DNA of 64,000 bases from Podarcis bocagei (taxonomy: Eukaryota), in the NCBI GenBank assembly GCA_964188305.1, contig OZ076888.1; one strand, written 5' to 3'. The position numbers were made by a program, and so were the translations under genes. Numbering within the stretch: the first letter of the stretch is position 1; every line of letters begins with the position of its first letter. The notes below the pieces were generated by a model. That model was given only the letters and a program-made list of their open reading frames with translations, was not told where the DNA came from and ran no database searches. Shown piece by piece: positions 51,801 through 63,200 of this stretch.

Positions 51801-53331
51801 GGACCAGACACCATTTCATCAGAGGCGTCTAATGAAGTGGGCTCTTCTTCATAAAGGTTCTGCCATAATAAAACTTGTTTGTCTTTAAGGTGCCACAATA
51901 CTATTTGATGGTTGGAGTAGCAGGAAGCTAACATAGGTACTTATAAAATGGTTATTTGGCTTGTAACGTTAGTCACCTAATAACCTGCATTTGGTACTTT
52001 GCAACACCAAGTCAAGCTTTGCTATCACAAATCCTTTTCTCCTGATTCCAAAAATGTACATATTTGTTAGTTTCTCCTTTAAGCAAATCCCTCACCCCTT
52101 TTTTGTTGCAAACAGTATCAAGGAAACAGCACAACAGCGACATAAATGAGGATTCCTATGCAGCCTATAGCTCAATGTAGGTACACTGGTACCTCTGGAT
52201 GTGAATAGGATCCGTTCCGGAGCCCCGTTCACATCCAGAAGTGAACGCAACCCGCATATCTAAAAACATAACACATCATCATTGTCTAAAATGTCATGCT
52301 TACAGAAATTTTCAAAGACCTGAGTTACGTAACTGAAGAATTCTGGCACTGCATGGAAAGCATATCTTCTTGCCAAAGAAAGCTGGCTGAAGTGGAACAA
52401 CATCCCCATCTATAGAATGGCCGATCTAAATGTTCAGGAGGCACACAAATGCTACAACTTTCCTGGGACTGTACCAATTTGGAATCCAGGCAGTGGAACT
52501 GAACTTTATCCCTGTCTTCAAAATTTAATTCCACTCCCCTCCTGCCACCACAAAAAAATCTGGTGTTTTAGAAAGAAAGGCTCTAACCAAGCTTTACTCC
52601 TGACCTGCTGCTTGTTTATGTTCACGCAAAGGGAAGGGGAGATATAGCTGTGTGACGCACCTCTCACATTCTGACCTACAACAGTGATGGAGCACTGCCC
52701 CATGTTCTTTCCCTGAACATGTAGATTGGCTCAAAGAGCACCTTCTAATCTGGAACATGAAAACTTCTGATTGTTGTTCATGTGCTTGAGAAAGCAGAAC
52801 AGGGGACAGTGGAAAAACAGGTGTATATCCTAGACAACGTAGCTTTTCCGTGTGCTCTATAGGCACGTCAAATGCTAAATAAGTATGGGAGACATTTCAG
52901 GAAGGATGGGGAAGTGGTGGCCCGCCAGATGCTGGATGGGGCTGATGGGAGTTGTAGTTCAACAATAACAACAGAATATGGAGGGCCACACGCTCCCCAT
53001 CCCTGCCTTGAAAGGATGCGGCTGCCCCACAATAATGGCTACTGGTGCCAACAGTTTGAAGTTGGTTTTATTCCTTTCCCTGTTTCCTTTGTTTGACTAG
53101 GTGTGGATTCTATATGCCTATGGGACCCGCCCGCACCTGGTGAGCCAGATTGAGCAGTCTTTCTATGGCTTCACACTCTGGGCCATCGTGGTCAAGATCT
53201 CCCTGCCACTGGGCATCTTTTACCGCATGCACTCCGTGGCTAGCCTCTTTGAAGTTTACTGCAAGACCTGCAAAACACCACCAGCCTTAGGACCACCAAT
53301 GCACCCTGACATCATGAAGAGAGCAGCATAA
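45262..53331 (+). CDS. Otopetrin-family proton channel gene, OTOP1-like exon structure, 6 coding exons, ~570 aa (exon 4/5 junction out of phase as given)
   Basis: Otopetrin motifs: D-H-x-AGAxWL(K)G, FPVVQAVFTIIQ, RFGLMHTLATN, CxCTTxLC, PFNIEFSLFSSTMLYIIWKN, RNLDVTLL, QNLFITE, RRKVLQNI..NIS, LGIFYRMHSVASLFEVYCK. Many hydrophobic segments. Intron positions match those I recall for OTOP1. Confidence 0.9.
46440..46576 (+). CDS. Otopetrin-like exon 2 (GLSLFALATLVLDCL...AVFTIIQ)
   Basis: ggcag| ... |gtgagg; 137 nt, phase 1 to 0. Confidence 0.9.
46842..47177 (-). mobile_element. Sauria SINE (Squam1-type) in otopetrin-like intron 2
   Basis: tRNA-like head (ggttcgaatcccc on the minus strand), characteristic body gtagataaataggtaccgct and an (acctt)n-type tail. 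Confidence 0.8.
47361..47419 (+). CDS. Otopetrin-like exon 3 (VSVLLFNAKVCIQEHQHLNR)
   Basis: Long pyrimidine tract ending ttttcag| ... |gtagg; 59 nt, phase 0 to 2. Confidence 0.9.
48267..48395 (+). CDS. Otopetrin-like exon 4 (FGLMHTLATNVLLWMSVVLDESMKQL...SQAP)
   Basis: ttctag| ... tg|gtaca. Ends in phase 2, while the strongest exon-5 acceptor needs phase 1. Confidence 0.8.
48835..48890. repeat. (AAT)n microsatellite (probable tail of an L2-related insertion)
   Basis: Perfect trinucleotide run next to tttataccctgccc, as at the L2 3' end near 2465. Confidence 0.9.
49448..50367 (+). CDS. Otopetrin-like exon 5 (GSHTNSCICTTSLC...HPFNIEF...QNLFITE...FYNIS)
   Basis: ttcttcctacag| ... tcg|gtaag; 920 nt open frame with several hydrophobic segments. 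Confidence 0.92.
53101..53331 (+). CDS. Otopetrin-like last exon (VWILYAYGTRP...FYRMHSVASLFEVYCKTCKT...KRAA*)
   Basis: tttgactag|, phase 0; contains the conserved FYR box; TAA at 53329-53331. Confidence 0.92.
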   Translation: MWILYAYGTRPHLVSQIEQSFYGFTLWAIVVKISLPLGIFYRMHSVASLFEVYCKTCKTPPALGPPMHPDIMKRAA

Positions 53332-53761
53332 GTGCCCCCACACATGAGGGAAGCTAAAAGGAGCTGCCCTTTATACAAGAGAGGGTTGCAAAGCTATCTA
53401 CCTATTGCACCAACCAGAATTTCAAGCAAATCACACATTCCTCAGACTATCCCCCTCTCTTAAGTCCAAGGAGCATCTGAATGATCAACTTGAGAAAGCC
53501 CACTCTATCAGAGACAACTAGCAAGTTTGGTACATGAACTAATCTCCCTGGCAGGTTTTATTTCAGGGGGTTAGCAGACTAACTAAACTAGTATGATGTC
53601 CTTCTCCCCTATTTAACTCTATTTTATTTTTAATGTTTTGATTTTTAGTTGTTTTAGCAAAAGCAAATACATTTCCTTTCATGTAGAGTTTTAAATGCAG
53701 TTTACTTTTACGCAGACTTTATTTGTATTCTATTTTGTTCTCTGTTGATATAGACTAATTC

Positions 53762-53767
53762 AATAAA
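53762..53767 (+). terminator. Candidate poly(A) signal of the otopetrin-like gene
   Basis: AATAAA ~430 nt after the stop codon, preceded by U-rich 3'UTR-like sequence. Confidence 0.55.
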
Positions 53768-55688
53768 ACTCTATGCTACTCTGGTTGGGATTTACCTCTG
53801 TTCAGTCTTGCCTGCGCACCAGGAAGTGCATTAGTCCAGTGCCATCACTAGTGCAAAAGACAACAAGGCTCCTGCCTCTTTCAATATAGCAGGGTAGAAG
53901 AGAGTATTTCAGCAGGTGCAGGTGACCTAACTATTAAAGGTGACTACTAAGGACCCGCTTTCTTTTGCATTTGGCCACCCTATTAGGACTAGATGTTAAT
54001 GGCTATAATAAATGTGTATATTTTAGATAATTTTGCCCAGCAAATGTACTAATGCAAAATAGGAATCTCTTCTTCAAGTGTGAAGTTAATTTACCAGGTG
54101 TACAGAATTTCCTCTACACCTTAGTAAAATATAGATATGTCTCCTTTTATTATCATAAATGTACAAGACACATAAGCAGGACACAAAGTCCAACAAAAGC
54201 ATCAAAACATAGACAATAATCTCAATGGGGTATTTTGATATCTAAAAAATTGCTTCCAGTAATTAACACACATAAGCCATTTTAAATTGGGGGGATACAT
54301 GCCTCTTCAGCAATCACATGCCATTACCTGTTCCCTTTGACTGCAGAACAAATGGATAGTCCTAATAATGTTCTCTGTTGGAGCTGCTTCCATTCTTCTC
54401 TGCTTGTTACAAGTCCAGAAACACACCTGCTGAGTTTCCCCCCTTCCCTCCACAAGAGATACAACGAGGAAGTGCTGCGAATAACTGACAGCTCTTCTGA
54501 CCTATGAGAGGTCTTGTTCCTGGTTTGACCAGCCAATCCATGCGAGGGAGGTGAGAGGTACCTGTAGCAGCCACCAGGTTTGCAGGCTCAACTGTGTGTC
54601 TGTCCCAGGTGAGGAAGTATGCAGAGCAACATGGAAACAGGTGAGGGGGGCATGGGAGGGGTATGTTAATCAGGGGTTATTTACATTTCTGAGCGGGTCA
54701 TCCTTCCCTTTTCGTCTCTCTACTGTCTGTAGATTATTTTGTGCTAGGTCAGAGAGAATTGCCAAGTTGAACAAGGGCGTTAGGCATGAGAAGGTTTACC
54801 TGCAGGTAGCAGGATGCAATTTAATGCAGGTGCTTTCGGGAGACCTGTCCAAGGTGCTGAAACATCCCGCTCCACTCACACTCGAGCAGAAGCGACGGTT
54901 GTTGAGAAGTTGCCTACTAGTGGCCTTGTATCAGAATTGGGGCGTGCCCCATATCTTGTCCTCTCCCACAAGGGTTTCTGCGGTCCCCGCCCCCGTGCTG
55001 TATCTCTAATGGAAGAGATGACATCACTTATTTATTAAGGTCAGGTCACTCCGCACGCAGGCTTCATTCCAGCTAATGTGCAGGCAAGGAGACGGCGGCA
55101 GGGGGGAGACTGGGGCTTGCGTATCAGTGATGCAGAGTAAGCTGGAAAATCCCCCTCTCTTCCCCTGAGTGATTACATAGCAAAAGCAGAGAGATCTCCT
55201 CCACAGCCCTGTAGAGGAACAAATGCCCAAGCTTGGGACATAGTCTCTTTTAAGGCTTGTTATTGAGAATGTTACAATGAGCAAAAGCTTTGGCTGTTGC
55301 ATACTGCTTTATACTGGGTGGAATGCAAAGCTTCCAGGATATTCAGCAGAGAGCATTAAGAGATCAAAGCAGAATCCCTGCAGCATCTCGAGTTATTTAC
55401 AAGCAAAGCTCTAAAAAGTATTAGTTTTTTGGACAATCCATTAAAAGTTTTTGAATTTTTAAAAAAAAAAAAAGAAAATTTTTCTTTTCTTATCTATACA
55501 GCAAGCAGAAAGCATTTCAGCTTGGCACTGGCTACTGTAAACTAGTGTACCCACTTCAAGTCACCCTAGTGTAATTCTTAAGCAGTAAATGCCTTGAGAA
55601 ATATAAGCATATCAAGGTAGGGTTACTTCTGGTCTCAGCTGAACAAGTGCATATCCAGTCACTCTGTGCAAACCAGGAAGATTTGGTT

Positions 55689-55835
55689 GGGATAGCTCAG
55701 TCAGTAGAGCACATGAGGCTCTGAATCTCAGGGTCGTGGGTTTGAGCCCCACGTTGGGTGAAAGATTCTTGCATTGCAAGGGGTGGGTTAGATGACCCTC
55801 ATGGTCCCTTCCAACTCTAGAATGATTTGATTCTA
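55689..55835 (+). mobile_element. tRNA-Lys-like SINE with a CR1-derived 3' end
   Basis: gatagctcagtcagtagagca...agggtcgtgggtttgagccccacgttggg, followed by a CR1-type tail (ggtcccttccaactct...gattcta) resembling the end of the CR1 at 12920-12981. Confidence 0.75.
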
Positions 55836-56567
55836 TAAAATTGCCAAGCCATAAACCTGGAGATACATCACTGAAATCAACAGATGGTTTTAGACTCAAA
55901 GTGCTAAAATAGAATCACGCTGTGACACTGGAAGGAAAAGAATCTGATCCATTTTCTTTTCAGCTTTAATTTTTCTACACTTAGCTAGGTCGGCCATAGT
56001 CAAACAATATTATTCCTGCTCTTTATTCTACATAAATTCCATGGAACACAATGGTCCCACTACACTGAAAATGTTTCAAACAACATTTGCAATGTGCTTA
56101 TGTCTTACTGTAAAAATGTCTTCATCCACCATATTGCTTAGATAATAAATATGAAGTGCCTTCATGTCTGAAACTGTTGAATTAGCATAAGACACCCCCA
56201 CACACACACACCTAACTTCAAAGAGTGGGTGCAGTGAGCATTGTGTGAAAGTTAGTAATATTTTTGTTAAAATTCTGCCAGCCACAAATTTCATTTTCTC
56301 AACCTTGTGAGTGCAAAAAATATTGTTATGACTGTCCTCAAAGTTCAGGTCCTAGAGGGACTGACTGAGGGCACGCTCCCTTGTCAAGGAGACTTCTGGA
56401 GTAGCCTAAAACATGTTCTTGTTGCACCACAAACTCAAAAGAAATTCATGCAGCCATCCTAAACTTATTTACATAGAAATAAGTCCTATTAAATTCAATG
56501 GGAATTGCTTCCAGTTAAATGTGCATAGGACTTAAATTTGACTAAAGGCTTTAGGGTAAAAAATGAT

Positions 56568-56569
<2 letters not shown>

Positions 56570-56614
<45 letters not shown>

Positions 56615-56670
56615 TACTACTACTACTACAACTACTACTACTACCACCACTACTACTATTATTATTATTA
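56570..56670. repeat. Compound (TTA)n/(CTA)n microsatellite
   Basis: Direct reading; source of the poly-I/T/N/V ORFs in the ORF track. Confidence 0.95.
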
Positions 56671-57028
56671 CAGTATACCTGTCTGGAAGGCAAAGAAGGA
56701 GCATGAATCTGAACCCATGAGAGGCAAGATGTTTTCACTGGATCCTGCATTTTAAACATAGGTGAATTTTCCTAAGGACAATCCTCAGTGGTAACATCAC
56801 CATCGACAACAACAAAATGAGTCTACGAGAGGTAATACTATGATTGATGGGAACATGTCCAGCAACGGTTTCCGCTGGTGGGAAGCAACCTAAGGGGCCA
56901 AAATGTAACAAACTCACCCAACTTTCCTGAAGGAATCAGGCCCAAGCGCAGTGTGCTTCTCCAACCCACCAAGGGACACCATCCAACAGTGAGAGTCCTT
57001 CTGTGCGTAACCAGCACCCTGTCCTGCC

Positions 57029-57221
57029 ATGGCATACACTCCTGATTCATTCCAGAGCGAAATCATTTACCCGACTCACTCCCGGGGCTCCAGCAGTGAC
57101 ATCAGCACTGCCAATCGCCTCCTTCTGAGCAGGCAGAACCGGCTCCTGAATGGGAACCTTCGGGACTACCGCACCTCGTCCCCCATGGGAAGAGTTATCC
57201 TCATCAACACACCCCTTGAAG
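57029..57221 (+). CDS. PDZD7: PDZD7 first coding exon
   Basis: gccATGg; donor G|GTACC, phase 1; probable acceptor ttttcctaag| at 56776. Confidence 0.9.
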
Positions 57222-60200
57222 GTACCGTTGGGGGTGAAGGTGGGAGGTGGTAGTGTGCAAAGGACGTCATTTCTACTTACATAGCCAAGCCAGATCCTGG
57301 CTGGATGGAGAGAGTTGGTGTCATCCTTTTGCAAAAGAGTAGAGCCATAGCCAAATGGTGCTGTTTGTTCCTTTCCTTGCAAGATCAGTTGCAGATTTAT
57401 GAGGAAGTTGCTGTGACCCAGGAGAGCCAATTAGCACGCACACCTCATTGCCCTGCAATTTTATATACATTCCAGTATTAGTAAATAAGCTAATTATGTG
57501 ATTAGGAAGTATCACAGTAATTAGAAACATGCATTTGTAATATGCATAATTCCAGGAAGTAAATGTTACCTCATGTTATGTAGGATGGGTTGTTTTCGGC
57601 AATTATTTGGTGCAAAGAAATGAGGTGTTAGAGGCAGAGGTAAGGGGACATGGAGCAGTGGCAGACCTTGGGGTCTCAAAATTCAGCACCCCATACCTCT
57701 TGCCTTCCATACTACAGTTGCAGTGGCCCCTATGGCACGCCAAGTGCAACTGAACCAGTCGGGCTCCCCTAAATTAGCCTCTACATTGAGGGAGAGAGAT
57801 AAAATTGATTCAGGCAGCTTCCCAGAATGCTGAGCCTCAGCAAAATGGGACTTTCTACTATGCTGCCACTTTCTGATTGAGGACCAAAGAAGACACAGCA
57901 TGGGAAGCCCATGAGCAGAACTGTGGATCCTTTTTTAAACAGGGTGTATTTTAAACAGGCTCAAGCAGAAAGGGTGAGATACAGCTGGGTATACCTGTTC
58001 CAGGCCTCAGAGGGCTAAGCCAGCCAAACAGGGAGTGCCACCAGGCCTGCCAGACTTACACTGTTCAGGGTCTATAACTTTATTCTAAAAAGACTCCTCC
58101 ATCAGGCCTCAGACAAGCTCTGCATGGGCCTGATTTTAATTGTGAATAGCAACCATAGGGATCATAGGGTGAGGAAGAGCTAATTTGGATCAGGGCCATG
58201 ATGGAGATAGAGCTTAAGACTTTCTCTCGGGCTGCCCCCACCCCTATTCTTCTATTTGCCCCACGTGGCAAAACATATAGGTGTCATATAGAACATTTTA
58301 CAGGCTCCTTGATATATAGAGGTCAAAATCTAGAGATTTAGAGGAGAAAAGGCTCCTGCCACCCCAACCCCCTCCAATAGACTGATCTGCCTCCTCATTT
58401 GACCTTGCCCTGTACTGAGCCACTCCCATGGCTCCTATTAACATGTTGCAGTCGTTTTATTATGGTCAATAACCAGTGTCAAGATAAAAACACCAATTAC
58501 AAAATTGAAAAGCTGAGAGCAAAATAAAATAGTATAAAACCACATCCACATAAAAAAGCAGTTCTAGTTGGGAACTCTTCTGGTGCTGGCCATGTTCCCA
58601 GGGTGTGAAGGCATTTACAGTATTGCTGCCTGATAGGAGAGGAGGAGCGGGAGATGCTCGTTGCAATTCTATGTTTGCATTCTGTGTATTGTAACCATTT
58701 ATATTATACAATAGGAAATCCATGTGTGCATTGACAGAGAAGATACACTTTGACAAACGCTCCCATGTCTCCCTAGGAAGTAAACTGTCGGGGATTTCAT
58801 GGCTTGCCCTCCAGCCTGCCTAGATGTCATTTCTGGGTCTGGTGGACCCACAATGGTGGGGAAGAGAGGCTAAAATGCAGAGTGTAGGGAGGTATGGCAT
58901 ATTTCTCTTGCAATTCTTTCTACTATCACTTTCCCAGTGTTAGGGTAGAGGATCACGGGTAGCTCCTTTTGCTGGTCATTCCAGCGCAGTGAGTGTCCTT
59001 AGTGGTGCCATTTCATAATTATATTATGCTGTATCCCCATGACAGCTAACAGTGATGAGAGTGATGCCATCAATGCCATTACGGTGGAAAAAAGCACAGA
59101 TGGGAAGCTGGGCTTCAGTGTGCGCGGAGGCTCGGAGCATGGCCTGGGTATCTTCGTCAGCAAGGTGGAGGAGGGCAGCAGTGCAGGTAAGCAAAATCTC
59201 TCCAACCCTCCCAGCCTTAAAAACAGACAACAAGCTGCTCGGATGTTCTGTCCATAAAACCAGGATTCTAGTGCCTGCAACACTGGCAGAATCACTTAGA
59301 CTTAAATCTTTGCCAGCAAGTGGTCTTCCCGTGCTGACCAGTTCTTCTTCAGGACCTAATCCATGTCTGGAGGTTGCAGCAAAACCCAAGCAAAGTAATT
59401 TAGTTGAGACAATGTTTATGTGTCATGTTGCTAAGTAGTTCTGGAAGCACATCAGTATAGAATTCCATGACATTGCAAAATGTGAGATTCTCTGAAAGCC
59501 ATGCATACAGGTCTTTAGAGCTCCAGTGAAGAATAAGTCTTTTAAACAGAGAGAGAAAATATGCTATCAAGGCTATTATTATTATTTATTACATTTTTAG
59601 CCCACCTTTTCCCCAAGGAACTCAATGTGGTGTACATGGTCCTCTCCCTCCTCGGAGGGGAAAGCGCCAAAGAAGGAAATTATAAAGAAAAAGGCTGTTG
59701 TTGTTATATAAATAAACTGGGAATATAAAGGAAGGGGATAAGAGAGAAAAGATTTTACAGGAGGAAGAAGCAAATGTCTAAGGACAAAGGAGGAGAGATG
59801 AAAGAAACTTGTAGTTGTGAGAGAGGGGCAGAAATTAGGTAGAAGTTGAATGTGAAAGGAGAGTGGGAGAAGAAATTACAGAAGATGGGTAAAAATACTT
59901 TTAGGGTCATGTGGGAGTGGGGAGGGGAAAATATTTTTTTAAGTGTTTTCCACTTGGAGCCCCTGAATCAGCAAATCCTGCCTGAAATGAGGAGGCCCTC
60001 ACAATATCTCCATGGCAAATTATGTACTTAGCATGAGGAAAACTGACCTGTTGAACTCCTTGCCACAAGAACAACGCTGTGGCAGAGTTTAACCATTTCC
60101 AAAGATAGATTGGATATCAGTGGGAAACGATGTCAGTAAATGCCAGCTGTTTGTTCCAAACTCTGCTTCCTGAACCACCATTTTGTGACTGAGGTAGGTC

Positions 60201-63200
60201 TCAGTAGTTTTCAGCTGTTTCAACTGGGAGTAGAAAGTTTGAGAAACCTTGCCTTACTCTAAAATGTGTGTGCTACATACTTTTATATTTTGTCATTTTA
60301 GTAATACTGTAAAAAAAAAAAATTAAAACAAAAGAAAACCAGGAAACAGAAACCCTCTCTAATCCTTAGCCCAAGTTGAGTTACCTGTATTTAATACCAA
60401 CAGAACAGGCTGGGCTGTGTGTTGGAGATAAAATCACAGAGGTGAATAGTGTGAGCTTGGAGAACATTACAATGGGAAGCGCAGTCAAAGTCCTGACGGG
60501 GAACAACCGGCTGCGGATGGTCGTGAGACGCATGGGCAAAGTGCCAGGGATAAAGTTCTCCAAAGAAAAGACCACATGGTAAGCGGAACTGCCTGCTATG
60601 GTGACACCCTATTGTCAGCAGGCCCTTGGGTAACCAAAAATCACAATGTGTTGTTTGTAAGGGCCGAGGCAGGTGTGCTGGGCTCAGCGGAGCAGAGAAG
60701 GTGCGATCGGGTTTCGTGAGAAGCAAGGAGATGCTATCGGGATGAACTCTGACCAGGGCGCAGGAGAGGGATGGGTCAAGGTGACCTGGGGTTACTGGGC
60801 TAAATGCTCCCCTCTGACTTAGGGCACTTCCAGACTACTGCTGTTTCAAGGTGGGGTTCAATCACATACAGTTGCACTGCTTGGGTTGTGTTTACACCAT
60901 ACCTTTTAAAGCACGTTCAAAGCACGCCACCACCTTCACCAAAGAATCCTGGGAACTGTAGTCTACCCCTCACAGAGCTAGCATTCCCAGCACCCTTAGC
61001 AAACTACAGCTCTCAGAATTCTTGCAGGGAGGGCAAGGTGCTCTAATTGCGTTTTAAAGGTGTGTTGTGCAGCCAGCTGTAGTTGACTAGGATGTCATGC
61101 AACGATCCCTCAAAACAGGGTTGCCATATTTCAAAAAGTATAATTCATGACACCCACAAACTTTTTTTTTAGGAAGACCCCAAAGTTGTAGAGCTTTTGT
61201 GGAAACCACCAAACTACTTTTGGGGGGGAAACCTACCCCTAAAATAGTGGTTTTAAGCTTTTGGAGCTGTTTCCGCTGCTTTTTCCATCGCATTGTCATA
61301 CATCTGGGTTTTGCCTGACATTTTGCCAATTTGGCAAAATCCCTCTCTCCCCCATGCCATTTTTACACCTGAAAACCAGGACGTGTCAGGAATTTTCCTG
61401 ACATATGGCAAGCCTACCTCAAAAGATCAGAGTTTTTGTATTAAGGAAAGTTAACAGGGAAATGCACTGGAAAACGTGGGCTAACTCCTGCTTTTAGGTA
61501 ACATTGCCAAAGCTCCCTGCAGACAAATTGGGATGAATAAACAGGCCATTAAAACACATGAGGAAATGAGGCTGGACACGGGCTTTGTGCATAATATGTA
61601 GATAGGAAATGAATAGTGATGAGCAGAGGGCTGGGAAATCATCTGCTAATGTGAAAGAGGAAAAGAGAAGAGGATCAAGGGGACATGCATGGGACTCTGT
61701 TACAGTGGTGTAGTGTGGGTTGTCAGCACCCGGGGCAAGGCAAGTAATTTGCGCCCCCTAACCCATGGATTTGCGCCCCCTAACCCGTGGATTTGCGCCC
61801 CCTAACCCTAACCCCCAGAAGTTGCGCCCGGTGCGGCCGGCCCCCCCTGCACTACGCTACGCCACTGCTCTGTTAGCAGCAGGGCTGGATTAAAGCCTTT
61901 AGAGCCCCTAAGCACTGAAAAGATTTTGGTGCCCCCATATGCAATTCAAAATCAAACAATGCTAAACTGTGAAACAACATGTTATTTCTGGAAATGACAC
62001 AAGACATGTTGAAATTAAAATAGCTTCTTTCTAAGTTTTCTGACTGCAAAACTCTGGATAAATTCATCAAAACTGACTTGATGAAGCACATTCGCTTCCA
62101 TAAGCAGTAGGGAAAGGGAATCAATACCTATTTTTCTCTCTCTGAGGGCTTTTTATTCATTTCAGCTGAGGAAAAGCATTATTCACAGCATTCATAACCC
62201 GATCTCTTCAGTTGGAAGTACATATTGTATTCAGTCTTTCATTTCTGTGAAAGATCCACGACTGAATTTCATGTTTTCTGTTTCATTAAACTTCGTGACA
62301 TATAACAGTAGAACTGCTGTAGTTGCCCACAAAAGGTTCACATTTAAGTCCTGAGGGTATGAGTCCACTAGCTTTTGGGAATCTTGTAAATATCATACAT
62401 CAGATAAGTCTGTATTATTTAGAAAATTTAATCCACTTGATACTTCTTCACATACATTTCACTTCACTTCATATTAGCTTCAGGTGTATCAGTTATATCA
62501 CAGTAAGTAGATACATGAAATTTGTCTCTAAGATTCAGGTGCTGTTTCTGATGCACTGGTGCATTTGCTTGTTTTTTTCCTGATTTGCTTGCAGGAAGTA
62601 GCTGGGCTACTTTGTAGTTAATTTCAGGCAATATGCCCTCAGATCTTTTGAAATCATTCCTCAAAGTGTGCAACTGGTCTGCTAATGATTGACAGGTCTG
62701 CACAGGTTTTCAAATCCTTCTTAGTGGTAGCCCCTGTGATTTTGGAAATGTTTTCCTAGGGAGGTTTGGCTGGTGCCAAGCTTATGTGCAAGCTTTGGCA
62801 CATTCTTCTAATCTAGTTTATAGTGGGGGGGGGGCTTTCTGACTGCTTTTGTTTTAGGTTATACTTGTTGGTGATTATCATATTATTGCACCACAAACTA
62901 GGCCCAAAATAGAAGACCCATGCTCCTTCACACTCCCTCCTTTATAGTCGCTTTTAACCATTTGTCCTTGTTTCTATCTTTTTAAGTTATGTATGATATA
63001 CCTTTTAACTACTAGCTTTTATTCCTTACCTGTTTTAAGTCTTATGTGTTCAGTTTATCCATATGTTTTATCTTATGCTGGTCTGTGGGCCCCATTGCAA
63101 TTCTAAGAGAACGAGGGAGGTATTCATGTTGCGTTCTGGCACCTATTTTTCTAGAAAAATAGCACTGGGTATAAGTTTCCTAAAATACAATACATCATCC

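Noticed and set aside
45262-53331. Assigning the symbol OTOP1, OTOP2 or OTOP3
   Set aside because: The sequence is too diverged from all three and the neighbouring genes match none of their loci as I recall them; orthology needs a phylogeny.
55689-55770. Functional tRNA-Lys gene
   Set aside because: The anticodon arm and B box are degenerate and the sequence runs straight into a CR1-type tail, so it is a SINE.
56495-56759. Poly-I/V/N/T ORFs (also poly-Y at 7032-7265 and poly-I at 48775-49005)
   Set aside because: These are translations of trinucleotide microsatellites.
61746-61815. CRISPR-like array
   Set aside because: Eukaryotic context; the tandem units have no unique spacers and sit inside a MITE.
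62250-62760. Old LINE-like coding remnants (also ~51300-51700)
   Set aside because: Composition suggests decayed retroelement sequence, but no diagnostic motif could be read with confidence.
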